A stretch of DNA of 64,000 bases from Schizochytrium sp. TIO01 (Eukaryota > Protista > Bigyra: Labyrinthulomycetes). The position numbers and the translations under genes were made by a program. The stretch is taken from positions 620,001-684,000 of the forward strand of contig SMSO01000032.1 in NCBI GenBank assembly GCA_004764695.1, written 5' to 3'. The notes below the pieces were generated by a model. It made no database searches and was not told the origin of the DNA. It was given only the letters and a program-made list of their open reading frames with translations. This document shows positions 46,801 through 58,800 of this stretch, one piece after another. Within the stretch, counting starts at the first letter, position 1. Each line of letters begins with the position of its first letter.

Positions 46801-49800
46801 CAGTAGAAAGAGAAATACTACTGTATCTCTTACCTTCAGACCAAGCGAAGTCATCAGCAACTGCCACAAGGCGCACAAGTTGACTGCGATCCCAGTTGGT
46901 GCGATTAAAGACAAGTAAATCTTGATCAAAGGCCAGAAAGCCAAGCCCGTGCTCCGTAATATGAACAGTAACAGGAGCAAGAGGCTTTGAGTGCAGCTGA
47001 ATTGCAATATCGACGCTCTCGCCTTCATCTAAGGTAATCCAGCGCCTTCCATCCGGCAGATCGACCCTAATCCCAGCAATATCATCATCGACAATATCCA
47101 TACGCAGTTCGTTGCCAACAATTTCGCTATCATCCATGTAAAAGTTCAAATCCTCACTATCATATAGTGAGTCTCCAGAAGACTGGGCTGAAAGATAGAT
47201 AATACCGGTATGAATTTTTCTTCCAGGACAGCGTCACCAAAGGCTCCAACCCAAAGTTCTTGAGGTTCAGCCCACGACTCTTGAGAAAATGTCAGCCGTT
47301 CAGGGAACGCCCAGACTTTCGTATCATGCTCGCATGAGTCTTGACCATGTTGACAGGAGTGTTCAACAGAACAGCTTTCGTCAGTGAGAACATGGTCAGG
47401 AGATACACAAGTGCCAGAAATTGCAGAAGCAATAACTGTAACCTCGCCTCGAGGCTCGGACAGTAGTTGTATAAGGAAGCGTTTACTCTGACCCTCCAGT
47501 AATAAACTGCCCATGGCCGATTCTGAGCCAATACTGAGTTGAACGCCTGCAATATCATCATCACGTACAATAGCCTCAATCTCAACATGATCAAGATCAA
47601 AATAGTCAGCATCAAACGCCGAGGTTGTACGGAAAACCAATTGCGACGAGCGAACACCGAGAGGTTCAGCAATATCATCATTCACAGCAGATACATGTAC
47701 ATCTTGAGGAATCTGCCAGTTGGATACATCGAACTTGAGTGTCGTTGGCCAAGCGCTAAGCTCGTCCTCTGCAAAGTGGGACTCGACTAGAACTTCTCCA
47801 GTTGGACGACTAGATAATGCAACATGAATGACAGAACCATGGATCGAGCCAGCATGATCCTCCTCAAGGTAGAGTTGGAAAGACGAAACATTCAAGCCAG
47901 GCACATCAGCATCTATAAGAAGAAGCTCCACGGGCAAGAGTGGTGAAGCAGCAAAACGTGCGTCAGCACCTGAAGCTTCGATATTCATTTCAAGCCGTAC
48001 ATGCGCATCCGGATGAGCTGCAACATCGTCATTTACGTGCAAAGTTACAGTCCGTACGACATCCCAATTCTCTGGAGTGAAAACTATTGGACCGCGTGCT
48101 GACAGCTCAACACGATCTGCTCCTTCACCTACAAGACTGAGACGGAGAGCAACTCTCTTTTCGGGTCGGTCATGCAACAGGATATTGACAGTACGGTCAG
48201 AGGTACGTTCGTGAAGAACTAGGGACTGAGGCCAGACTGTAAGTCCATTGTGTCGATCCACCACCTTCACTGCGAGCTCTGCAGCTTTACTGCCTGATGT
48301 GACATCTGTGTGCATCACATGAACTACAGTGGGTGGGCACAAAAGAACAGAGGAGCCCTTAGTAAGAACAGTTTCACAAGTTGACTCACCATCATCAAGT
48401 GCACGCAATGATACACGCTGAGGTACATTCCAGTTGTTTTCATCAAAATGCAAGGTATTTAAACGAGGAGCCACAATCTCCACAGGCAAAGCCACTAAGA
48501 CCTCAACTCGAACGCGTTTACGAGGATTACTCATGAGCCGAACGTCATAAAATGAGGTATGCCCATTTTTATTTAAGATTACCTCATCAACAGAAATGCG
48601 AACTCCGTCCTCGTCATCATTGATGACTGAAGCAATAACCTCATCGATAACATTTGAATAAGCTGGGTCTTGTGACTCTGTGATGAATTGAACAGTAATG
48701 TCTTGCTCATCTATTGACTCTGCATAGTCATTATCTACAGGGATGAGTCGTACAGAGTGAGCTACAGACCAAGAATCGGGGAGAATTTCTAGGGTACGTG
48801 GCACCACTGAAAGGCGGTGAGTAGCATTTTCTGGGACCTTAGCTTCAATATAAACTGGAGAGTGCGGGCGGGATGTTAGCTGAATAGTTAACATACTTGC
48901 TACCCAGTCATCAGACTTGAGGTTCTCAGAAAAGCTCAATGCCTTCTTACTGAGTTGAAGACCAGGTTCGTCGTTGTCGAGAATAGCGACCATAATATTT
49001 CCGTGGCTGGCCGTGGATGTGTCATATTCTACACAGTCGCCATGAGGTCCCATAGCTACACAAACAGCTTCATCATCATTGAACATTACATCTTCGCTTG
49101 CTGCTCGCGGAACAATAAGCGTACGAGCCACTGTAATTCCACTTGCAATGTCATCATCGATGGCAGAAATGGTGATTCGTTGCGGAAGTGCCCAGTTTGA
49201 AGCTGAAAAGGACAACCGCGGAGGTGAGACACGAACTCGGTCATTGAGAGCACAAAAAATATCCTCGTTATTGATCGCGCTGCCCACACAATCGGCATCT
49301 GACCTGCACGGAGTCACACGCGGCCGCAACTCGCCAGAAACAGCGGAGATACAGTGGCCGTTTGAGATATTGAAGTCTACCGTCACAGCCCGGTCTGCAT
49401 GCAGTGCTGATACTTGTGGTTTGCGAGCAAGCCGCACCTCTACAGTCTCTACCAGACCATCTTCTGAGACACTGACGGTATGTTTTGAGAGAACGATACG
49501 CGTTGAGGCATCTTGAACCACCTGGACAGTAAGTTCTTCAACAAGCTGATGATAAACGTTGTCAGGGGAAACAGCCTCGTGCAGAATAACAGCAACGTAC
49601 TGATCGGCCTCACCAACATCTGACTGCACAGAAACTCGCGCCTCTTGAGGATGATTCCACGACTTGGGACCAAATACTAACTGTCGAGGCTCCACTGCAA
49701 TACCTGTGGCGCTCATGGCAAGATTTACAGTAACGGGAGCCCACGGGCGGCTAGCCAGTGATACGTTGTATGTCGCGGAATCAGCTTGCGCATCGAGGTG

Positions 49801-52800
49801 CAAAAGAGGTTTAGAAAACTCAACAGCTGCAATATCGGCATCTTCAATCTCAATCAATACGGCGCACTCACTTGCCTCAATCAAACTAACACCATTCGGA
49901 CTAGCCATGGTATCCACTTGAAAGCATGTGGCACGGACGAAGCGGTTATCGCGGTCACTACTCATGCTCAATCCAACCTTGGACATGTGCACAGGCGCTT
50001 CCACACGCTCGTCCACGAATACGCGAAGTGTTACTGTTTGAGGAATATGCCAGTTGTCCATGTCGAAAAACAACGTCTTGTCGTTCATTGCCAAGTATGC
50101 ACCAGTTCCCTTGACACATTCAACACTGCGCCCAAGTGCTTTATCTGTGCTTGCTAACTCACAATCCATATTCGTAGCACAAGGCCCGAGGTGAAATACA
50201 GGTCCGTTTCGGCGATCGAGACAGAATCCGTCATATTCTGTTAAATCTACACGAACAAGAGCACCCTCGCGCGGGGAAGCAGCTAGCCAGACATCAAAGT
50301 AAACTTCCTGCATAGGATTTAACTCACTGAGACCTTGTACGCGCGTGGTACTCATTACGAGACCAGGAACATCAGAGTCAGTGATGCGCATTGGAACTGG
50401 TTCAACAGAAAGCCCATGATACAGAAAGTCCTTTGAGCCAACCACAAAATGGATTTCCTCAAATGTTGCCTTTGAGTCAGACGTGAGCATCAGACCATCA
50501 CAAGGAATATGCATAACAACGCTACGTGGAGTCATCCAATCGTCCGGTGTAAACACCAACTGCGGAGGATTGAAGATTGCTTTTCGCGAAGCATTAAAAC
50601 GCATGTACACATCTTGCGCTGGAGCCAATGACGAATTTGCAAGGCGTACAACAAGCATAGTAGACGCTCCTTCTGAAAGGTCAAGCGAAGTTGGAGTAAC
50701 AACAAATTGTGGTTCCTCGCCATGGGACTGCGTATCGTTGACGAAAACCATGACAACAGGGGCATCTGCCTCTGTAAACGTTGGATCAGAAGATGAAACC
50801 TTGTGGTACAGCTGTACCACTTGCAAAAAGTCTTCTTCGACCCTGTCATCAATTGCTCGAACCGTAACACGTTGCGCATCTCCCCAGTTTGCCGAAGTGA
50901 ACTCCAACACTAAAGGATCCAGTTCAATATCCTCTCCAGGAGGTAATATCACACTAACTGAGACAATGCTTGTTGGCTCCCTGGCAAGTTTAATCGTGTA
51001 AACACCAGCAGACCCCCCCTCGGTAAGCTCAAGTTTTGCAGGGCGGATAACTAAGGCCGCAGACTCATCCGTGCCATGCGTGACATCATGAATCACAACA
51101 TTGATCGTATCAGCATCCTGATCATCCTCGTCCACAACAAATCTCAAATCCTTCGACTCTAACCGGTGGCGGATAACAACAGTATGAGGGTCATCCTCTA
51201 AAACGCCGTCATCCCGTGCATATACCTGAACATACTGAGAAGTATTCCAGTTCCCTGGTATAAAGAAGATCTCTTGAGGAGATGCGTCAAGTTGGTCCCG
51301 AGGTGGGAGGACCACAGTCGCTGTGACAGCTGAATCAGGTTGCCGATCGAGTTTAATGCCATACTCTCGTACAGTACCATCTCCTTCCCAGAGCTCAATG
51401 CCAGTGTCAAAGATCACTAGATGGCCACGCTCCTCTTCGCTCAGTTCCATCAGATTACGACTCTTTGCACGGGATGTGCGGACATTACGAAGAAGCACCG
51501 TTTCTGCGTCTGGGTGATCCGCAGTGATATAGATATCGTAAGAAGTGCTTGCCTCAAGACCTTCAAGCATTCCCTCTTGTTCCTGGCTTCCACCCACGGC
51601 ACGTACCATCGAGTAAAACGCATCGTCAAAGTCGCTGTCAGCACATGCAAGAATGTCCTCCTTGGAGGGCTGAGGGCTGCCTGCCAACAATGCATAGAGC
51701 CATACCTGCATGGTTTGTGAGGCACGGAAACGCACAGCCACAGAATCGTCCGTGCGCTTACCAGCAACAACCCGTTCGAGGACGGCGCCGGCATTGCGAC
51801 CTTCAGCAAGATCATCACCAGCTTCTGCCGAGCTTGAATTTGCTGATTCAATTAAGAGAGAATTATGTTGCTTACAGTCACAACCGCCACGCTCACCGCG
51901 GTTATTGTAGCACCAGCCTCCATCAACATCTCGGTCAATGCAGCGATAGTGTGCAACACCCTTGTGGTAAATAGGGAAAACGCAGGCGTCACCTTGTGCA
52001 GCAGCTCCAGTGCCTGTGGTAACACACTTGGGCATTTGACGTGAAGATGCTGCAGGTAAACTTTCATGAGCGTCACCAGTTTGGGAAGTAGGGTTTACGC
52101 CGCTGCACTTACAGCCTGCAATATTTCCATTCACAACACAAAATCCTTCTCCTCCCCAACCAGATCCAATGCACTCGTGATGTTCCTGGCCGTCATACCA
52201 AAAGGGGAACGAGCAGGGCAATCCGGCTTTGGCTTCCCCCAAGCCATTGGATGCACATTCTACCCGGGGATGAGCAAGATCACCAAGGGAAAGCTGATCA
52301 AAGTCAACATTGATCTCCTGCCGAGCTTTGCTTCCAGAAAATGGGCCACACTTACAGCTTGCCCACTTTCCGTTCCGCATAAAGCAGGAGCAGGAGGACG
52401 CCACGCACGTACATGGCTCATGGCATTCAACTCCAGCCGTGAGAAATGTACCTCGTTCACCATCAGAAACACAAATAGGTGGCATAGTGGAGCTAGAGTG
52501 TGCATTAACCTGAACGGACGCGCAGCTGGGGGCGCGCATCGACATCATGTTTACACCAAGCGCATGTAATCTCTCAACAAGATCCTTTGCGATCTGACTA
52601 TGTAATTTTTCGAAGGTTTCACAGAATGAACGACACTCCAACATAGTTGGGCATTGAAAAGTTAGGGTCATTTGAATACCCCCCTTGAATCCTCCAACTG
52701 AGGCAACCTTTCCGGATCGGCGCGAGACAACCTCAGTCGCCAGGGCTTCGAAAAATCCTGGCATGTGTGCTTTGCGCTGGGTTTGTGAGGCGGGAACCAT

Positions 52801-55800
52801 ACCAAGATAAGCCTCGATAGTATGAACAATGCGCCTCGCACGACTAGGCTCAATGGTGCGGATCCCGCCGAGCCATACATCAAGAACATGAGTCCCCACG
52901 CTCGGGCTGCTAGATGAGTCCATATCATGTTCAGTCATAGATGTGTTCAAAGCCTCGTTTTTGGCAGAAAAGTCGCCCAGAGTCGGCGCTTCTGTTGAAA
53001 ATGAGGCAAAATCTTCAAAGCCTTCAAGGCTGGCAAGGATTCGTCGACTTGCGACCGAATAAGAACTCTGAACGTCAACATACAAAACATCACGCTGAGT
53101 TCCATCGGTAACAGTCTGATCAACAAAGCCGTCTGAGGTAAACGAGTACTCTGATGGCCCAGTGGCCTCAAATATGGTTCCTGATGCAAGATCGAGCCCA
53201 CTCCTGCGAGACAAGAGTGGAGCAAACCGAATGGTTTCACTATAAAAGCGGTCCATCACTACAGTTATAGAGCCACTCACGTCTGCCTCTCCCTGGACAT
53301 CAATAACACCATAAAGAGGCATTGTACTTTCATCCACAGATGTTGCGGCAACCTCAAGCGTACCTGTTAAACGAGAAGTGTAAGTTCCTGTCACAGTAAG
53401 AGTACCCGAAGGTTCTGCGTCAGAACCTGGATGAACAATGCCTTCGTTCAGTAAATCACCTTCGATAGTCGCATATCCAAGCAAAGTACCACCTTCCATA
53501 ACCGAAAGACCACCAACATCATCATCAGAAATTTCATTCAGGTCAGCCAAAAGGAAATCAGGTACAATATCACGTATGACCTGTGCAGACTCCTGAAGAG
53601 CAATCAAAGCTCCATCAAGCTCAAGTGAGCCATGAACTTCAATTTCACCTGTACTGATGATATCCACCGCGGCAATCAGAGATGCGTCCTGATCAATCAT
53701 AATGGTTCCAACTGAAATAATTTGGGGATCGGCATCACTGGTCGATGACAACTTCGAGACACTGTCGGATGTGAAGATTAACTCAGCACTAGGCATCACA
53801 AAGATGTCCCGGGTCGCTGTCAAGCCACCGTCAATCTGACAACGCGCACCAGTCTGTAGAGAAAGTTCACCAGTTTTTAGTAAAATGTCATGAAACACAG
53901 CACCCTTGTCACTAGAGCCTGTTCCAGCAGCATCATTAGCAATAATCACAGATCCATCCACTTCCATAAATCCTTGGAAGTCTGCGCTTGCACTGAGTAA
54001 GAGTTCGCCTACTACAGTCAAAATAGCACTGGAGGCCGATGCACAAGAGCCACGCATGTCAACAAAGGCTTGCGAATCAATGGTCATTGATCCAGCAATT
54101 TGCACAAAACTTGAGACTGAGGAAACAAGAGTAGCATTGTCAAAGATGGTAAGCTCACCCTCTGCATCAATAATAAGCTCACCTTCATTTACAAGCCATT
54201 CGCCTTCCCGGACTTCGGCAAGTCCCACAATAGTTGCCTCACCTGTTGGCTGAACAATGAGACTACCTGTGGACTCGACACTACCTCCCAATTGCGCAAC
54301 AGAGGCCAGTGTGACGTTTCCGTAGTTGCGGAAGGTGCCCGAGTTTACGAACTGAGCACTTGTAGACTGACCCACGCCAGACCCTGATCCTGATGAAGAA
54401 AACACAAGATTTGCGCCAGCACTGATCATCATATCTCCTGCGTTCTCGGTAGAACCTTGGAGGGTGAATGAAGAAGACCAGAATGCTGCTGAGCCCGTTT
54501 CATGAATTTCCATGCCACCACGGAGCAGACCATCACCAAGGAAGTCAACTTTGCACCCTGCACCGATAAGGATTGTTCCGGCACCACCTACCTCGCCGTC
54601 GAACTCAGCATTAGCACCTAAAAGCTCCATTACACCATCGACTTGCGTTGCACCAGATGAAATTACAGTATTCGTAAACCTTGTATCCGCATCAGTGGTG
54701 ACAAAAAGGGAGCCATCATTTCGCATAGTCGCACCGATGTAGGCTTGTCCACCAAGATAAAGCTGTGCTGAGTCTACAACCGTCCATTCTGCTGATGTCT
54801 GAGACACTGTGACCTCACCTAGTAGCTCCCACTCACTAGATTCAGCTAGGACTACGGCACCAAATCCTTGCACCCGAGACTCTGTTGTGGAAGTGCATTC
54901 TGCCGATGCACAAATAAAAACGCTCGATGCGTCGGTACCTGTATCAAGAATACCATCGTGAGCAAAAGAACCCGCCATAGTGACATTGGCGTTATCTAAA
55001 TAGACAGCACCCCCTATGTCAATAGTCACATCACCGGTGAAGCGTGCCGTACCACGAAGGATCACAGCGCCCGAGAAGGAAGCCGATCCTTGACTTATAA
55101 GAGTGGAGCTGAAAATTGATGGTGCAGTGTTTTCTGAAGCAATCAAAAGCCGGCCACGGTTAAGAGTGTGGCCTCTACTCCGCAACCGGCCTTTAGCGAC
55201 AAGAGATGCATCGTTATCAATCGATAAAACACCATCGGAAACCCACAACGCACCTTGGTCAAGGGTCACACGAGTGGCTTGCACCACAACCACAGCATCA
55301 TGTGCAACGATTACGGAGCCACCAATTGCGCTCGATCCAGAGAAGGTCAGAACACAGGTGTTGTTTACAGCCAGAAGGCCATCCAAAACTGAACTGTGAA
55401 GATTGAGCTTAGAGTCTGAGGATGTACACGCCATTGTAGAGCCTTCCTTTGCTTCAAGACTTCCAGTGCTTTGTAGTTCTGTACCCTCCATTGTAAGGGT
55501 GGCAGTACGAGCCACAATGACTGTACCTTTGCTGGAAAGCGCAACGTATTGGTCTGTAAGAGAACGATATGCAGTTCCTGTTACGAGATCCTGCGCAAAG
55601 ATGGAATTACCCATAAAACGAAGTTTACCACGAGAGGCAACAGAGATTTGAGCGTTTTCATCTGAAGAAAATTCATTCTCAAAGACAAGTATGCCACCAT
55701 CTTCCACGCTAACAAATGCGCCCTTTGTTTGATAGTATATTCCATCAAAATATACGGCTGGTGAGTACACATCAATTTGCGCTCCATCGACAGTAGTAGA

Positions 55801-58800
55801 TCCAGTCTCTGTTACTGCAAAGTCACCGTAGAGGACAAGTGAGCTCCCGTAACCCAACTCTAGTTCACCATCACAAATGAAGAATGAGTCTTCGTCAAAA
55901 GTCGAAGCACCAAAGATTGCGACGCCACCTCCTTCCTCAACTGTGATGGAGCCAGACACTTCGAGCAAAGCTTCAAAGGTGACGTTGCCAGTGGAGGCAA
56001 CATGAAGGGAGCCACGTACGTATACATCTTGTGAGTAGATTGTCTCATCAAGCAACGTAAGGTTACCATCAATGGTGATATTACCAGCGCTGTCGAGCGC
56101 GCGTACGAATTCGACTTGGGCAGTAGGGCCAATGTACATGCGACCAAAATTCTGCATGGGCCGGTCAATCGAGGCAACACCATGAATAGCGATATCAGCC
56201 TCATCAGCAACGAAAAGTCCACCAGTATCTAGAATACGGCCATTAAAGTCCACAGAAGAGGACCTTGAAACATCAACTTCAACGCCATCAGCCTGGGCAA
56301 AGGCAACTGCGAGCGCACCCGCAGCAGATCCAGATGCCGTAGATAGCAAGCTCGCCTCAGGGGTTTGGTCGCGTCGTTGCCAACCATGAACCTGTTGCAA
56401 AGAGCGTCGCAATGTGCGTGCGGAAGTACGAGTCTCCAAGCGAACGCTAAGACCATCTGTAGAAGTTAATTTCAGTTGTCGAGTCAGAGACTCCAGTAGT
56501 GTAGCTTCGCTTGGGAAAGCCTCGCATGTGTGCACGGGAAGTGTCCACTCTACACCAACTCCTGCAGAGGCACCCATGTCAAAACGAACATTGGTTGTGT
56601 ACACACGATCGGGGCAAGAGAGCAGGCGACGTCCGGAGGCACTAGCCACGTCATACTTAAACAAGTTACGCTCAAACTCAGCGAGGATTGTTTGGGAATC
56701 AAGGCCAATGTGCACTCGACCAGTGTTCACCACATCACCTCCAACATTTGCAGAACCACCAAAGTATATCTGCCCATTGACTTTAAGAAATCCAGCACCT
56801 GTATACATGCCTGCGATAAGAACATTGCTTGACGACCCAACAATAAAACGCCCCTCGTTGACTACACGGTGAGAAAGCAATGTGTGACCCTCAAAGCTCA
56901 CAGTGCCATAAACAGTGAGGGCACCAGTGTGAACAACCGAGTTCATAAACACCATTGACTGACCTTGAGGAATGACCAGGTCGCCATCAGCAAACACTGG
57001 ACTGGTAAACACGGTCGTGCCAGACGAAGCAGCTCCGCCGGGACTCGAACTGAGTGAGCGTCGTGCCATAACAAGGTTCTCTGGATATTCAACGGCAATA
57101 ACTCCGCCACTTGAAAGGCGAACTTGACCATCCACCCGAAGACGCGAGGCAGTGTCAAGGAAGGCTCTTACTGCAGCTCGGGTGCCGACAACATGTATGG
57201 CACCTGATAGCTGGGGTGTATCCCGGTCACAACCCTCCTTTTTGTTGCTAGGTGCAATGACAACCTGAGAGTCTTCAATAGAAAGTACCGAGCCTTCTGC
57301 GAACTCAAGTGAGCATGTACCAACTGCTGTGAGCGTTGTGTCACCAACTAAATTTATGCGAGCACCACTTTTAGCTCGCATAATACCACGCACAATTACC
57401 TGTGCGGAAAGTTGTGTCTTGCTCTGAAGAAGTTGATACTGTAAGAGAGCTGCTTTGTCAACAAGTTCATTGACCAGTGAGGTCTGGACTGAGAGTGTTT
57501 TAAGGCCAAACTCGTTTTCAACACGAGGTTGTCCTTCAAGTTTAACAAAGGCCTCTGAGCTAGGGACCTCCCAAACTGCATCAGAACCAACACGCAGGAA
57601 ACCCCTATTAATAAGACCAAAGGCAGAGCGGAAGGTGCCAGCAGTAATTTCCAGGAACCCATCGTTAAGGATCCGCGCATCAATGGTGGCTGAGCCCTTC
57701 ACTTCGAGGTAACCAAGGTTACGCAAGCCGCACTCTCGTCCAGAAGAAGCGCAGCGAAAAGCCAAATCTCCCTCGAGAACCATACTTGCACCAGGAAGGA
57801 TGGTCAGCTTGGTGCGAGGTGACAGCAGGGCACCAGCGCCGCGCTCCACCAGTCCATGGCCAAAGAGGTCAACTCGCGCAAGATCGAGAAGTGGCATAAT
57901 TGCAGAGGAGTGTTCAAGGTCCTGCTCCTCATGGTGATCATCATCGTGAAGATCGCTTGAAGATATTTCCAAATCGCCTAGCACAACGAGAAAACCACGG
58001 TCAGAGCCCGTTAGTGTAACCGAGCCACCTAGACGGAGCAGACCACCGGGAAGAACAACTATTCCCTGCTCTAGATGTACCGAGTCAGCGTCCGTGAGGT
58101 CAAGTATGCCACCACGACCAATAACACTAAGGCGCCCGATCCGAATGCTACCGGTCAAGAAAAGGGTCTTCGTACTATCTCGATCCTTCTTGGCAGCACC
58201 AAGAAAGAATCCATCAAGAAGCACGCGGTTCATTGGATCGCGGCTACCTTCCACATGAAATTGGCTTTCCACCATAGCGCTAAAGTCGTAAAAGCTCATA
58301 ATTACATGAGCAAAAGCATCAATACTGGGGCCCAGATATGTGGATAGCCGGCAGCCCAACTGGGCTTGGCATAACACCTCTGGCTTTGAAAGTCCAGTGT
58401 AGTCAACAAAACGGAAAAAGTCCCCATATTGATATTTGTATTCAAGGTCATCGTACTGAGCAAAATCAACCTCTGACAGCTTATGGAGGCTGTCTAGATG
58501 CTTCATGAGATAACGAGGACCACTGAAGGTATCCGCTGCACCATTGTATAGCTTTGCATACATTTCCGCCCATGTCTGAGCTGCGGCAGAGCCTGGTACG
58601 AGCGCGCTATCCACACCTGGCAGAGTGTACGCCAGTATAGATCCTCCAACCTGTTCTGCGTTGCTTCTGCACGCACCGCAAGCACCACGGTCACAGTCAT
58701 GAGCGGGGCAATTGAGAATAATAGGGACACCAACATCAGAGATAAAACTGCCGTCGTCGCAAATATCATCATTAAGATGTTGCTCACACGAGGTATACCC

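Larger units (their letters stand above)
40660..51425 (-). repeat. Block A: ~26 Calx-beta/cadherin-like beta-sandwich repeats spanning all three frameshifts
   Basis: same F..xNW..PQ.V.V.A.DD / DxD..G consensus, counted by eye across ORFs 1-4. Confidence 0.85.

Noticed and set aside
47183-47207. Tiny GT..AG intron (18 or 23 nt) as an explanation for frameshift 1; a 39-nt GT..AG at junction 2
   Set aside because: 18 and 39 nt do not change frame. The 23-nt option is implausibly short and would delete a conserved beta-strand, whereas a single-base insertion restores the repeat exactly.
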